DNA of 53,406 bases from Thermoanaerobaculales bacterium (GTDB taxonomy: Bacteria; Acidobacteriota; Thermoanaerobaculia; Thermoanaerobaculales; Sulfomarinibacteraceae). Below the pieces are notes generated by a model. The model had not been told where the DNA came from. It was given only the letters and a program-made list of their open reading frames with translations, and did no database searches. A program made the position numbers and the translations under genes. Below, piece after piece: positions 17,346 to 28,068 of this stretch. The stretch lies in contig JBGMRN010000001.1 in assembly GCA_048061535.1 (NCBI GenBank), positions 12,703 through 66,108 on the forward strand, read 5' to 3'. How positions within the stretch are numbered: position 1 is the first letter of the stretch; each line of letters starts with the position of its first letter.

Positions 17346-18335
17346 CTACGCCCGCGCCTGGAGGAGGCTGAGGAGGGCCGTCTGGACGATATCCGCGGCG
17401 CCGCAGCCGCGGCTGAGATCGTTGGCCGGTCTTGCGAGGCCCTGCATCAACGGACCTAGAGCTCGCACTCCCGCCAGCCTTTCGACCGCCTTGTAGGTGA
17501 TGTTGCCGGCGTTGAGATCCGGAAAAACCAAAACGTTGGCCCGTCCGGCTATCGGGGATCCCGGCGCCTTGCTCTCACCGATATGTGGAATGACAGCGGC
17601 ATCGAACTGCAGCTCGCCATCGACCTGGAAGTCCGTGCCGCGCCGCTCGAGCTCCTCCCGCGCCGCCACCACTTTGTCAACCAGAGGGTCTTCGGCGGAG
17701 CCCTTGGTGGAGAAGGAGAGCAGGGCAACCCTGGGTTCGCCGCCGACGATGGATCGGAAGGTCGCAGCAGCCGAAATAGCGATCTCCGCGAGTTGGTCGG
17801 GTCGTGGATCCGGCAGGACCGCGCAGTCGGAAAAGACCATCACCCCGTCCGCTCCCCATCTCGAGTCCGGATGCACCATGATGAAAGCCGAGGAGACGGT
17901 TTTGAGCCCCTCCCCGGGACCGATGCAGTGGAGGGCCGCCCGGACTGTGTCCGCGGTGGTGCGCACCGCGCCGCCGATCGAAGCGTCCGCGTCACCGATG
18001 GCGACGAGCAACGAGGCAAAATAGAGAGGATCCTCCACAGCCGCTCGCGCGTCTTTCAGGGTCAGCCCCTTGTGGGCTCGCCGTTGATGGAGCAGTTCTG
18101 CTAGCCGGCCGCTGCGAGGATCCGTAGCGGGATCCGCGACCTCCACACCGCTTGCCTCGAGATCAGCGTGAGCCGGCAATCGAGCGGCGGTTGAGCACAC
18201 CAAGACCACGCCGCAAACGTTTTTCGCGGCGAGTTCCGAGGCGGCCTCGATCACCCGCGGGTCGTGACCCTCGGCGAGAACGATCCGACCACCCACCGAA
18301 GCCGCACGCTCTTCGAGCTTCTCCAGAAACTCCAC
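17346..18335 (-). CDS. pta: Phosphate acetyltransferase (short form)
   Basis: Full-length similarity to Pta/PTA_PTB proteins ([25 protein letters not shown]). Confidence 0.88.
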   Translation of the reverse strand: MEFLEKLEERAASVGGRIVLAEGHDPRVIEAASELAAKNVCGVVLVCSTAARLPAHADLEASGVEVADPATDPRSGRLAELLHQRRAHKGLTLKDARAAVEDPLYFASLLVAIGDADASIGGAVRTTADTVRAALHCIGPGEGLKTVSSAFIMVHPDSRWGADGVMVFSDCAVLPDPRPDQLAEIAISAAATFRSIVGGEPRVALLSFSTKGSAEDPLVDKVVAAREELERRGTDFQVDGELQFDAAVIPHIGESKAPGSPIAGRANVLVFPDLNAGNITYKAVERLAGVRALGPLMQGLARPANDLSRGCGAADIVQTALLSLLQARA

Positions 18336-18452
18336 CGCTCCCCTCCGGGCTCACATTGTACCCCAAGAGGTCCGGCCGAAAACCTTCTCGCGGGAAGAAT
18401 AGGCCTTCCGAGCGTGTTGCTTCGGTCACTGCTGAAGGCCCGTGGAGGAATC

Positions 18453-19382
18453 ATGCGGATCGCATCAGACATCACTCGCCTGGTCGGCGGCACCCCGCTG
18501 GTCCGCCTCAACCGGATGACCGCAGGTCTTGGCGCCCAGGTCGTGGCAAAACTCGAGTACTTCAACCCGGCGCACTCGGTCAAGGACCGCATCGGCGTCG
18601 CCATGGTGGAGGCGATGGAACGCGAAGGACGCCTCGAACCGGGGAAATCCACCGTGGTCGAGCCCACATCCGGCAACACCGGAATCGCCCTCGCCATGGT
18701 CGCCGCCGCGCGAGGCTATCGGTGCGTTCTCACCATGCCCGATTCGATGTCATCGGAGCGGCGGCGGATGCTGGAGCTTCTCGGCGCCGAGATCCATCTC
18801 ACCCCGGCTGCTGAGGGAATGAACGGCGCCTCGGCCAGGGCCGAGGAGTTGCTCGCCGAGATCCCCGGAGCGGTGATGCCGCAGCAGTTCTCGAACCCGG
18901 CCAATCCCGACATCCACGCCGCGACGACTGCGGAGGAGTTGTGGGAGGACACCGACGGGCGCATGGACGTCTTCGTCGCGGGAGTAGGCACCGGCGGCAC
19001 CCTCACCGGCGTCGGCCGGGTCTGGCGAAAAAAACGTCCCGGCCTCCACATCGTGGCGGTCGAACCCGAAGATTCGCCGGTACTCTCGGGGGGCGAGGGA
19101 GGACCGCACAAGATTCAGGGCATCGGGGCGGGTTTCGTCCCCGACAACCTCGACCCTTCTCTGATTGACGAGGTGGTGACCGTGACCAACGAGGAAGCCT
19201 TTGCCAACGCCCGTCGTCTCGCTCGCGAGGAGGGTATTCTCGGCGGCATCTCGACCGGTGCGGCATGTGCGGCGGCCCTGCGCCTCGCCGCGCGCGACAG
19301 CATGGCCGGCAAGTTGGTGGTCTTCATCGCCCCGTCAACCGCCGAAAGATATATCTCAACGGACCTTTTTGCGAAGCTCTGA
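18453..19382 (+). CDS. cysK: Cysteine synthase A (O-acetylserine sulfhydrylase)
   Basis: PLP lysine motif [15 protein letters not shown] and GTGGT. GGAGGA lies 3 nt before the ATG at 18453. Confidence 0.92.
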   Translation: MRIASDITRLVGGTPLVRLNRMTAGLGAQVVAKLEYFNPAHSVKDRIGVAMVEAMEREGRLEPGKSTVVEPTSGNTGIALAMVAAARGYRCVLTMPDSMSSERRRMLELLGAEIHLTPAAEGMNGASARAEELLAEIPGAVMPQQFSNPANPDIHAATTAEELWEDTDGRMDVFVAGVGTGGTLTGVGRVWRKKRPGLHIVAVEPEDSPVLSGGEGGPHKIQGIGAGFVPDNLDPSLIDEVVTVTNEEAFANARRLAREEGILGGISTGAACAAALRLAARDSMAGKLVVFIAPSTAERYISTDLFAKL

Positions 19383-19427
19383 TACCCCTCCCGGCGCCTC
19401 CTCAAAAGGTGTCGTTGCGAGGTTGGC

Positions 19428-19611
19428 AAGGCGCCATATTCCTCACCAGATTTCGTCGCGAAGGGTACAAGACGCTGTGCGTGTCTGCGCTCTCGCAAGG
19501 TTTGGGAGCGAAGTCGTACTTGCGGTACATCGAGCGAGCAAACCGAGAAAGCGCAGATACGCGCTGTGTATTGTGCCCCGTGGTAGAAAAATGGTGAGAT
19601 ATGCGGGCTAT
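19428..19611 (+). mobile_element. MITE-like element, copy A2 (subfamily A)
   Basis: Aligns over about 170 bp with A3 and A1. The 3' terminus TGGTGAGATATGCGGGCTA ends on the stop codon (19608-19610) of the convergent lipid kinase gene. Confidence 0.8.
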
Positions 19612-20495
19612 CCCGGCAGACGCACCCAAAGGGGACGCTCGTCGACTGAGATTTCGACCGGCAGACACCCGACAACATCACCGTCCACCTGGTACGGAAT
19701 ATCCCGGCCCGGGGATACCGGTTCGAGGCGAACGCGCGTTACGGTCTCGCACCGGACGTCTTCTCGCTGGAGGTGGCCGCCCCTGGGTATGCCAACGAGA
19801 AATGAAAGCGCTGCCCACCGACCAACGCTCCGCTGCAGAACGACTTCGAGGTCGTCCCGGAAGGGATCGGCGCCGGGGGTCACCTGCTGGGGGCCCGCAT
19901 AACACCGGGAATTGCCGATGACCGCCCACCCGCTCTCTTCCGACCGGCATCCGATTACGACCCGGAAGCGTGGAAGGGGGCCCCTTCCAAACGCCTCCAG
20001 GACCGCCTGCATGGCAATGCCCACCCTCCCTCCGAGTCGTTTGAGCGAAGGACGCAGGCTCGATAGAACCTGCGAGTCGGGTCCGGCCGAAACCATCAGC
20101 AAAATGAGGTCACCACGATCGCTGCACGCCACCCTCATCGCTCGATCCTCGCCGGCGATCAAAGCGGTCACGGCCCGCGCAGCCGGTCGAGGCACACCGA
20201 ACTCGTACGCGAGAACCGAAGTGGTACCACCGGGAAGCACCCCCATCGGCGTCGCGCTGCCGAGCAGGCCTCGCGCTACCTCGTTGTACGTGCCGTCACC
20301 GCCGTAGGCGAGAACCAGCGGTCGATCCTCCCGAGCCGCCCGCGAGGCCAATTCGGTCGCATGACCGGGCTCGCGGGTCAGCCACCACTCGAGCGTCACA
20401 CCCGCAGCCTCGGCGGCGGCATCGAGTCTCTTTCTCCCCCGGAGCAACCGCCCGCCGCCGGCAGCGGGGTTCAGGATCACCGGAATCGAGGTCAA
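19608..20495 (-). CDS. Diacylglycerol/lipid kinase family protein (YegS/BmrU-like)
   Basis: DAGK catalytic-domain motifs ([21 protein letters not shown]). Confidence 0.85.
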   Translation of the reverse strand: MTSIPVILNPAAGGGRLLRGRKRLDAAAEAAGVTLEWWLTREPGHATELASRAAREDRPLVLAYGGDGTYNEVARGLLGSATPMGVLPGGTTSVLAYEFGVPRPAARAVTALIAGEDRAMRVACSDRGDLILLMVSAGPDSQVLSSLRPSLKRLGGRVGIAMQAVLEAFGRGPLPRFRVVIGCRSEESGWAVIGNSRCYAGPQQVTPGADPFRDDLEVVLQRSVGRWAALSFLVGIPRGGHLQREDVRCETVTRVRLEPVSPGRDIPYQVDGDVVGCLPVEISVDERPLWVRLPG

Positions 20496-21520
20496 TCGTG
20501 ATCCTCGAAGAGGCGGGCGGCATCACCGCCCGGCTCGAGTCCAAGGTGGCGGTAGGCGCGCGCGGTCACAGCGCGCCCGCGCGGGGTCCGTTGCAGCATT
20601 CCGATCTGGAGCAGATACGGCTCGTGAATGTCTTCGAGAGTCCCGCGGTCCTCACCGATCGAGGCGGCCAGGGCCCTGAGACCCACCGGGCCCCCGTCAT
20701 AAACGTCGATGATAGTGGTCAGAAGCTGACGGTCGAGTTGTTCAAGACCAAACGCATCCACCTGCATCTGCTCCAGTCCCCACTCGGTGGCCTCGTGGGT
20801 GATGACCTCGGAACCCAGATGGTGTGCGAAGTCACGGACCCGCCGCAGGAGACGATTGGCAATTCGCGGCGTGCCGCGCGCCCGTCGTGCGATCTCCTCC
20901 GCGGCATTCTTCTCGACCTCGATGCCGAGGATGCCCGAGGAGCGATTGACGATGGTCGAGAGGTCCGAACTCGGGTAGAACTCGAGGTGGTGGACGATGC
21001 CGAACCGATCGCGCAGGGGTGCGGTGAGGAGCCCGGTGCGGGTTGTCGCGCCGACCAAAGTGAAGCGTGGCAACGTCAGTCGCACACTGCGAGCCGCCGG
21101 TCCCTGGCCGATCACGAGATCGAGCTCAAAATCCTCCATCGCCGGGTAGAGGACCTCCTCGACCGCCGGTGACATCCGGTGGATCTCGTCGACGAAGAGC
21201 ACATCCCCGGCCTCGAGGTTGGTGAGCATGGCGGCGAGATCGCCGGGGCGTTCGAGGACCGGTCCGGAGGTGATTTGAAGCTGCGCACCCATCTCTTGAG
21301 CGATTATGTGTGCGAGGGTGGTCTTTCCGAGCCCGGGAGGACCAAAGAAGAGCACGTGGTCCAGGGCCTCGGCCCGGTCCCTGGCGGCGCCAATGAACAC
21401 TCCGAGGTTGGTCTTGAGCCGGGTCTGGCCTACGAACTCATCGAGCCGGCGCGGCCGGAGAGACTCCTCGGCCGGAACTTCACCCGGCTGAACTCCCGCG
21501 GCCAGGACATCGTCTCTCAT
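20492..21520 (-). CDS. ruvB: Holliday junction branch migration helicase RuvB
   Basis: Walker [10 protein letters not shown], Walker B LFVDEIH, and a RuvB C-terminal domain. Confidence 0.95.
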   Translation of the reverse strand: MRDDVLAAGVQPGEVPAEESLRPRRLDEFVGQTRLKTNLGVFIGAARDRAEALDHVLFFGPPGLGKTTLAHIIAQEMGAQLQITSGPVLERPGDLAAMLTNLEAGDVLFVDEIHRMSPAVEEVLYPAMEDFELDLVIGQGPAARSVRLTLPRFTLVGATTRTGLLTAPLRDRFGIVHHLEFYPSSDLSTIVNRSSGILGIEVEKNAAEEIARRARGTPRIANRLLRRVRDFAHHLGSEVITHEATEWGLEQMQVDAFGLEQLDRQLLTTIIDVYDGGPVGLRALAASIGEDRGTLEDIHEPYLLQIGMLQRTPRGRAVTARAYRHLGLEPGGDAARLFEDHD

Positions 21521-21598
21521 GGTGCGACTCTACCCTATCTCGAGAGGAACGGTTGCCGGTGACACGCGCCCCCGAAGGATCACCGCCGATTTTGGCGG

Positions 21599-22177
21599 TC
21601 ACCTCATCAGCTTCTGCAGCGCCTGACGCAGCACCTCTCCGAGGCCCTCGCCGGAAACACCTTCCCACACCGCGTCAACAGCCCGTCCCGCGTCGCGGTG
21701 CGAGTAGCCGAGGTTCACCAGGGCCGAAATCGCGTCAGCGCGCCGGTCGTCGGACGCGGGTCCGGACCCGGCCTCCCCTCCGGAGAGGCGGTCCTTGAGC
21801 TCGAGCACGATCCGTTCCGCTGTCTTGCGGCCGACTCCCGGGCTCTTCTGCAGGCGGGCGAGGTCTCCCGCCTGAACGGTCCGTGCCAGTTCATCCGCGG
21901 TGAGGGCCGAAAGAACGCCGAGGGCGGTCCGCGGGCCGATGCCGGCGACTCCGATCAGTTTCTCGAAAGCCTCGAGCTCTTCGCGCGCCGGAAATCCAAA
22001 GAGCACGATTGCGTCATTGCGAACCTGGGTGTGGATCCACAACGCGGCATCTTCTCGACCCGTGAGTTCCTGGAATCCACGCAGAGTCGTCGACACCAGG
22101 TATCCGACCCCCCCTGCGTCGATGAGGACCGTGCCCGGCTCCACCCGATGGAGACGGCCTTCGAGGCGGCCGATCAT
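21599..22177 (-). CDS. ruvA: Holliday junction DNA-binding protein RuvA
   Basis: MIGRLEG N-terminus and HhH motifs (GIGPRTA, GVGRKTAERI). Confidence 0.93.
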   Translation of the reverse strand: MIGRLEGRLHRVEPGTVLIDAGGVGYLVSTTLRGFQELTGREDAALWIHTQVRNDAIVLFGFPAREELEAFEKLIGVAGIGPRTALGVLSALTADELARTVQAGDLARLQKSPGVGRKTAERIVLELKDRLSGGEAGSGPASDDRRADAISALVNLGYSHRDAGRAVDAVWEGVSGEGLGEVLRQALQKLMR

Positions 22178-24129
22178 GATTGTGCAGGCGCAAACCGCTG
22201 CATGAGCTCGTTGTTGACGGTGATTGGGGTGTCGCGCCGACGCTCATTGAGGATCGAACGGAGAAGGCGATCGGCCCTCTCCGCCATGAGGCTGGCGCGG
22301 ACGGATTCCATCTCGCGCTCGAGTTCCTCCGCGTCAATCAACGTCAGCCGGTCGACCCTGGACACCACGACGCCGCGTGCACCCACGCGGATCGGTTCGA
22401 GGACGGCGCCCTCCTCAGCCGAAAAGACGGCCTGGTCGACCGCAGACAGTACGCCGATGGTTCCGATCGGGGCGCCGTGCCGGTGATCGTTGGCCTCGGT
22501 GACCGTCGAGCCGAACTCCTCCGCCAACACCTCGGCATCCTCCCCTTGACGCCATCGCTCGGCCAGAATCCGCCCCTCTTCAACAACCAGATCCATCGCC
22601 TTGTCGCGCCGCACCCGCTGCTCGACCTCGGTGCGGACATCCTCGAATGGCGGCACCCCGGCGGGGCGCACCTCCTCGAGCTGCCAGACGATCCACCCGC
22701 GGGGCACAGGCCTCGGTCCGACGATATCGCCCACCTCGGCGGCAAAGGCCTCGTCCGCCAGCCCGGAACCCTCGTCGGTTCCCGGGACTACCTGGCCGGC
22801 CGCGAAAGGCGGGCTCTGGTTCAGGACAACCGCCTCATCCTCGTCGGCGATCGCCTGCCAGGCTTCGATAGTCTCCGGCCGTTCAGATTCGAGCCGACGG
22901 GCCAAGGCGGTGGCACGCGCCTCCGCCTCGGCCGAGGCTCTGCCCTCGAGCACCCGGAATCGCACCTGTTCCTCGACCTCTTCGAAGGGCCGTCGATGCT
23001 CCGGCCGGAATCCTTCGACCTTGATGATGTGGTATCCGAACTGACTCTTCACCGGTCCAACAAGCTCTCCAGGCTTGGCCGAAAAAACCGCGTCGGAGAA
23101 CTCCTCGACCATCCGTCCACGCGCAAACCACCCGAGATCGCCGCCGTTGTCCTTGGTCCCCGGATCGTCCGAGTGCTTGGCAGCGAGCTCGGAGAAATCA
23201 GCCCCCGATGCGGCCAGCTTCGCCACCGCATCGGCACGGAGCTTTGCCTCTGCCCGCTGATCCTCGGTAGCCGACGGCGCAACGCGGATGAGAATGTGGC
23301 GCGCATGTGCCTGCGCACTCTCCACAAAATCATCGACGTGCTCGTCGTAATAGGCCTGGAGCTCGGCGGTGTCAACCGGCAACTGCCGTCGCAACCTTGA
23401 AACCTCGACCGTGAGATAGCGGATGACTCGCTCCTCATCGCGGCGAAACTCTTCGGCGGACGCCGCATATGAAGCTCGCGCCTCCTCCTCGGAAATCGAC
23501 ACCTGATCGAGGCGACTTTCGTACCGCAACTGGATCAGGTCGAAATCAGCGAGCTCCCGTTGGCGGCGGAACGCTTCGACTGTCTCCTCATCGCTGACCC
23601 ACACGCCGCGCGCCATGAGGGCATTGAGCTTGCCGATTTTCAGGTCCTGGGCATACCTCTCTTCGTACTCCTCCGGAGTCATTCGAAAATAGGCGCGGAT
23701 GATGCGCTTGTACGTTTCGGCGCCCACGAATTCGCCGTTCTCTTGCTTGAAGCTCGGGTCCGAGAGAATGACCTCGCGCAATTCCTCGTCCGAGACCGTG
23801 ATGCCGACACGGTCGGCTTCACGCAGCTGCAGCTCACGATCGATGAGCATGCTCGCAGTCTGACCGGCGAGGTCGACCTGGGATCGGAGCTCGTTCCAGC
23901 GCTCTCCGTAGATCTGCCCGAATCGTTTTTCGAGGCGCTGCATTTCGGCAAGGAACTGCCGCTCGGAAACCTTTTGGTCACCGATGCGAATCGCCGCCTC
24001 GGTTCCACCCGCTCCACCGGAACGTCCCGCACCCCAATCGACGAATACAAGGAGCACGAAGACTCCCACTACACCCCAGAGGATGAACTTCAGATGTCGC
24101 AGATTGTCTCGCAACCATTTCAGTGCCAT
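22174..24129 (-). CDS. ppiD: Periplasmic chaperone PpiD/SurA-like peptidyl-prolyl isomerase
   Basis: N-terminal TM anchor and a parvulin domain (ARHILI...GGDLGWF...FGYHIIKV). Confidence 0.85.
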   Translation of the reverse strand: MALKWLRDNLRHLKFILWGVVGVFVLLVFVDWGAGRSGGAGGTEAAIRIGDQKVSERQFLAEMQRLEKRFGQIYGERWNELRSQVDLAGQTASMLIDRELQLREADRVGITVSDEELREVILSDPSFKQENGEFVGAETYKRIIRAYFRMTPEEYEERYAQDLKIGKLNALMARGVWVSDEETVEAFRRQRELADFDLIQLRYESRLDQVSISEEEARASYAASAEEFRRDEERVIRYLTVEVSRLRRQLPVDTAELQAYYDEHVDDFVESAQAHARHILIRVAPSATEDQRAEAKLRADAVAKLAASGADFSELAAKHSDDPGTKDNGGDLGWFARGRMVEEFSDAVFSAKPGELVGPVKSQFGYHIIKVEGFRPEHRRPFEEVEEQVRFRVLEGRASAEAEARATALARRLESERPETIEAWQAIADEDEAVVLNQSPPFAAGQVVPGTDEGSGLADEAFAAEVGDIVGPRPVPRGWIVWQLEEVRPAGVPPFEDVRTEVEQRVRRDKAMDLVVEEGRILAERWRQGEDAEVLAEEFGSTVTEANDHRHGAPIGTIGVLSAVDQAVFSAEEGAVLEPIRVGARGVVVSRVDRLTLIDAEELEREMESVRASLMAERADRLLRSILNERRRDTPITVNNELMQRFAPAQS

Positions 24130-24209
24130 CTCTGTCCTCCACTCGGCCCCCTTGGGGACAGCGAAGTCTACCCGACGTCAGGAGGTCGCGCAACTCGTGA
24201 CCACGGTCC

Positions 24210-25682
24210 TTGCTGCTTGAATTCGGGCATGTTACGGTTCCGACGGGAGGAGTGGAGAAGGTGGCGGGACGCTTTGAGGTCGACTGGGTTCTGATCCGTG
24301 TCAACACGGTGAAACGGGCGGCTGCGATCCTCGCGACCGGGGTGGTCGCGGCGGCGTTGGTCTTCCTCGCCTACAACCGTCTGAACCTGCCCCCCGAAGC
24401 GCGTACGCGCCGGGCAATCGAGGCGGCTGCGGCCGCGCGCGACGAAGCTGCGGCACAGCCACTTCCTCCCCAGTGGCAGGGAGAGCTCCAACAGGCGACC
24501 AAACAGCTCGAGAGTGCCCGTTCGGCGTATGCCGACGAGAGCTGGCAGGAGGGCGAAACACAGGCGTTGAACGCCCGCGCCCGCTTCGAAGCCCTCGCGG
24601 GTGCAAGCGACGGTGAGTTGGTGGGAGCAGGCCGGTTCTTCAGTCTCGAGGGGCGGGTCCAACTTCAGCGAGCGGGCCAGAGCGAATGGGAGACCGCCAA
24701 CCAACGCATGCCGGTGTTCAACGGCGACTTGGTCAGAACCGGCCGAGACGGCAGTGCCGAGATCCTCTTTGCCGACGGCAGTCTGTACCGAATCGGCCCG
24801 AACTCACTGCTCGAGATCCACAACCAACAATCGAAAGATTCCTCGGGAACCGTCAAGATGGTGGTCGGCCGAATCAATGTGTACACCTCGGGTTCACCGT
24901 CGACGGTCACCACCAACACCACGTCGACCGAGATTGAAGAACACAGCCGTGTCGCCGTCGACGTGGACGGCAAGAACCGCGCGACCACCATCGCCGCGTA
25001 CAAGGGGTCGGCGCGCGTCTCGAATCCTCGGGGCATTAAAGTGCTGATCAAGGAGCGCGAGGAGGTGGCGGCCTCGGCGCTGGGAGAATTCTCACAGAAA
25101 CGGTCGATCGCCAGCCCCCCCACGCCGGTGGAGCCCCAAAATAACGCAGGTTTCGATCTTTCCCGGCACCCGGTGATCCGGCTCGCATGGCGGGGGCGGC
25201 CGGCTTCGGGCACAGTGCATCTTCAGGTGGGGCGCTCCAAGCGTTTCATCGAAGATGAGCTCGACGTCAACGCCCCATCGCTCGCCAAGGACGATGCCCG
25301 TCTGCAGGCCATTGCTCCCGGCACCTACTATTGGAGAATTGCGGCTCGCGGCGAGAGTGCGGTGCAATCGGAGTGGAGTCCAGCCCGGCGGTTCCGCCTT
25401 TTCTCCTCGTCCGGTGAACGGCTCATCGAAGACCGGTCTCCGCCGGGGCTCGAAATCGGAAAACCGCAGCAACTCGGCCACATGTTCATCATCGAAGGGT
25501 CCACCGAGGTCGGCGCGAGCGTGACGATCAATGACGAACCGGTCGAGGTCGACTCCGACGGGCTATTTCGCAAAGCGGTCGAGATCACCAAGGAGGGCTG
25601 GAATGACCTGGTGGTTGTCGCCGTCGATCCCTCAGGCAACCGGGCCGAACGTCGAGAGCGGGTTTTCGTGGAGGTTTACTGA
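24210..25682 (+). CDS. FecR-domain protein with membrane anchor and Ig-like C-terminal region
   Basis: TM segment AAAILATGVVAAALVFLAY and FecR-like GDLVRTGRDGSAEILFADGSLYRIGPNSLLEI. The stop overlaps the mreB ATG. The exact start is uncertain. Confidence 0.7.
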   Translation: MLLEFGHVTVPTGGVEKVAGRFEVDWVLIRVNTVKRAAAILATGVVAAALVFLAYNRLNLPPEARTRRAIEAAAAARDEAAAQPLPPQWQGELQQATKQLESARSAYADESWQEGETQALNARARFEALAGASDGELVGAGRFFSLEGRVQLQRAGQSEWETANQRMPVFNGDLVRTGRDGSAEILFADGSLYRIGPNSLLEIHNQQSKDSSGTVKMVVGRINVYTSGSPSTVTTNTTSTEIEEHSRVAVDVDGKNRATTIAAYKGSARVSNPRGIKVLIKEREEVAASALGEFSQKRSIASPPTPVEPQNNAGFDLSRHPVIRLAWRGRPASGTVHLQVGRSKRFIEDELDVNAPSLAKDDARLQAIAPGTYYWRIAARGESAVQSEWSPARRFRLFSSSGERLIEDRSPPGLEIGKPQQLGHMFIIEGSTEVGASVTINDEPVEVDSDGLFRKAVEITKEGWNDLVVVAVDPSGNRAERRERVFVEVY

Positions 25683-26707
25683 TGCACTTTTCCAGCCTTT
25701 TGGGGCTGTTCTCTTCGGACCTTGCGATTGATCTCGGAACGGCCAATACCCTGGTCTATGTCCGCGGTCGTGGAATCACCGTGGTCGAACCCTCGATCGT
25801 CGCTGTCAACCGGATCACCAATCGGGTCGAAGCAGTCGGCGCCAGGGCCAAGGATATGCTGGGCAAGACCCCGAGCAACATCCAGGCCATTCGTCCGATG
25901 AAGGACGGCGTGATCGCCGATTTCGAGGTCACCGAGAAGATGCTCGAGCACTTCATTCGCAAGGCTCACGGCCGCTCGTTCCTGGTGCGCCCACGGATCG
26001 TCATCTCGGTTCCGTCGGAGATCACTCAGGTCGAGAAACGGGCCGTGAAGGACACCGCGTTGAAGGCCGGCGCGAGCGAGGTCTACCTGATCGAACAGGC
26101 AATGGCGGCGGCGATCGGGGCGGGGCTCCCGATCACCGAGCCCTCCGGAAACATGATCGTCGACATCGGCGGTGGAACCTCGGATGTAGCGGTGATATCG
26201 CTCGCGGGGGTTGTCTACTCGCGATCGGTGCGCGTGGCTGGAAACGAAATGGACGAGGCGATCATCCAGTACCTCAAGAAGAAGTACAACCTCCTCCTGG
26301 GTGAACGCTCCTCCGAGCGGATCAAGATCGAGGTGGGCTCCGCCTATCCTCTCGACGAACCCTTGAGCATGGAGGTCAAGGGTCGCGACCTGGTGGAGGG
26401 CGTTCCCAAGACCCTTACAATTACCGACGAAGAGATTCGCGAGGCCTTGACCGAAATCGTGTCGACGATCGTCGACGCTGTGCGAAATGCGCTCGAGCAG
26501 ACGCCTCCGGAGCTCTCGGCCGACATCATGGACAAGGGCATCATCCTCGCCGGCGGCGGGTCGTTGCTCAAGAATCTAGACAAACGCCTCCGCGAAGAAA
26601 CGGGCCTGCCGGTAGCACACTGCGAGGAGCCGAGCTCGGCGGTGGTGCGCGGCACAGGGATGATGCTGACCAACATCGACCTGCTGCGCAAGATCGCGAT
26701 CAAGTGA
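25682..26707 (+). CDS. mreB: Rod shape-determining protein MreB
   Basis: Actin-fold motifs DLAIDLGTANTLVY and DIGGGTSDVAV. Confidence 0.96.
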   Translation: MHFSSLLGLFSSDLAIDLGTANTLVYVRGRGITVVEPSIVAVNRITNRVEAVGARAKDMLGKTPSNIQAIRPMKDGVIADFEVTEKMLEHFIRKAHGRSFLVRPRIVISVPSEITQVEKRAVKDTALKAGASEVYLIEQAMAAAIGAGLPITEPSGNMIVDIGGGTSDVAVISLAGVVYSRSVRVAGNEMDEAIIQYLKKKYNLLLGERSSERIKIEVGSAYPLDEPLSMEVKGRDLVEGVPKTLTITDEEIREALTEIVSTIVDAVRNALEQTPPELSADIMDKGIILAGGGSLLKNLDKRLREETGLPVAHCEEPSSAVVRGTGMMLTNIDLLRKIAIK

Positions 26708-26744
26708 GCGAGGTGTTGAGCCCGGGTCCCTCACCGGTTACGTC

Positions 26745-27569
26745 GTGACTGATGCGCGGATCATGCTGCGGAGCACAATTCTGATTTGGTTGCTCCTCGA
26801 ACTGATCGCAGCCGCTCAGGTGTACACCAACGAAGAGACCAGCGTGCTGGTGTCGTGGCTCCGCGCAACGGTACGGCCCGCCTCCTGGTCGGCGGAACGC
26901 CTCGGCGACCTCGCGATCGACCTCAGCCTCGGTGTTCGCAACCTGCAACACGTGATCGCCGACAACCGGGACCTTCGACTCGAGTTGAGCCAGGCGCGGG
27001 CTCGCGAGTTGCTACTCCGCCAGGATCTGGCCGCAGCGCGGGAAATCGATGGCCTCTTGGCCGCCGCCGCCGAGCTGGAATCTGCCGCAGTCCTTGCTCG
27101 TTGCAGTTACCGCAACCTCTCAACGGGCCTGATGGAGGCACGGACTTCGGAACCGATCCGCATTCGACGCGACACTCCGGCGGTGACCTCGACCGGCCTT
27201 GTTGGACGGGTCGTGAGAAGCGACACCAGGCGGCACTGGTTGGAGCTGCTGACTCACCCTGCAGCCGCGGTTGCGATACAAACCGAGGACGCACGGGTAC
27301 ACGGACTCGCGGTGGGAACCGGAGGCGAGCAGTTGGAGATCCGGTTCGTCCCCCGCCGGTCGGCTCTGGTTCGCGGGACATTGCTGGTGACCAGCGGCGC
27401 CGACGGCATCTATCCTGCCGGTATCGCTGTCGCCCGAGTCACCCGCGTACGCGAGACTGAGAATGCCTTCCTCGAGGTCAGGGGGGCGCCGAGTGCCGAG
27501 ATCCGGGAGGCACGCCTCGTGCTCTTGCTGCCGGCATGGTCTCCCGGGGAACCTGGGGGCCGGCAATGA
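26745..27569 (+). CDS. mreC: Rod shape-determining protein MreC
   Basis: Position after mreB, an N-terminal TM helix with coiled coil, and GLVGRV plus YPAGIAVARV motifs. Confidence 0.85.
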   Translation: MTDARIMLRSTILIWLLLELIAAAQVYTNEETSVLVSWLRATVRPASWSAERLGDLAIDLSLGVRNLQHVIADNRDLRLELSQARARELLLRQDLAAAREIDGLLAAAAELESAAVLARCSYRNLSTGLMEARTSEPIRIRRDTPAVTSTGLVGRVVRSDTRRHWLELLTHPAAAVAIQTEDARVHGLAVGTGGEQLEIRFVPRRSALVRGTLLVTSGADGIYPAGIAVARVTRVRETENAFLEVRGAPSAEIREARLVLLLPAWSPGEPGGRQ

Positions 27570-28063
27570 TCCGGCCGGCTCTTCTGGTCGTTCTCTCCCT
27601 CGTGGTTCAGCGCGCCCTGTCGTCGCCCGGGCTGCCCTCCTGGCCATCGGAGGTCATCTTCCCGGCAGTTTGGATAGTCGCACCGCCCCTACGCCGTCAC
27701 GAACCACGCTGGCCATACCTGGCCCTTCTGATTGGCATCGGCTGGGATCTCTTGATGGAGCCGGTGGTCGGCCCGGGCGGGATCGCCTGGAGTGCTGCGG
27801 CGTTGGGTCTGTATGGCATCGCCGGCGTAGTGGCGGACCGCTCTCCGAGGGCCTGGGCCGCTCTTGGCGCGGCCGGCGCTGTGATCCTGGTTCTGGTTCG
27901 CCAGATCGCCCTCCTGCCGCTGGGGCTCGCTTCGTTCCCGACCATGGAGCTGCTCTTCCGCACCGTGGTTTTGACGGGCGCATGGTGCGGTCTCGTCGGA
28001 GGCGTCCTCGCCCTCGACCTCCCAGCGCGTTGGCGGAGCTACCGGGTGCGCACCCTACGCTGA
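27566..28063 (+). CDS. mreD: Rod shape-determining protein MreD
   Basis: Polytopic membrane protein after mreC. The ATG at 27566 forms an ATGA overlap with the mreC stop. Confidence 0.75.
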   Translation: MIRPALLVVLSLVVQRALSSPGLPSWPSEVIFPAVWIVAPPLRRHEPRWPYLALLIGIGWDLLMEPVVGPGGIAWSAAALGLYGIAGVVADRSPRAWAALGAAGAVILVLVRQIALLPLGLASFPTMELLFRTVVLTGAWCGLVGGVLALDLPARWRSYRVRTLR

Positions 28064-28068
28064 GAACG

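Noticed and set aside
19601-19921. A 106-aa ORF starting at the ATG inside the A2 terminal repeat ([11 protein letters not shown]...).
   Set aside because: It is entirely antisense to the lipid-kinase gene and has Arg/Pro-rich composition. The equivalent ATG in the other copies opens unrelated or very short frames.
21570-21598. A hairpin ACCGCC-gatttt-GGCGGT downstream of ruvA.
   Set aside because: It is a short 6-bp stem with no U-tract, lying between co-transcribed ruvA and ruvB. That is too weak to annotate as a terminator.
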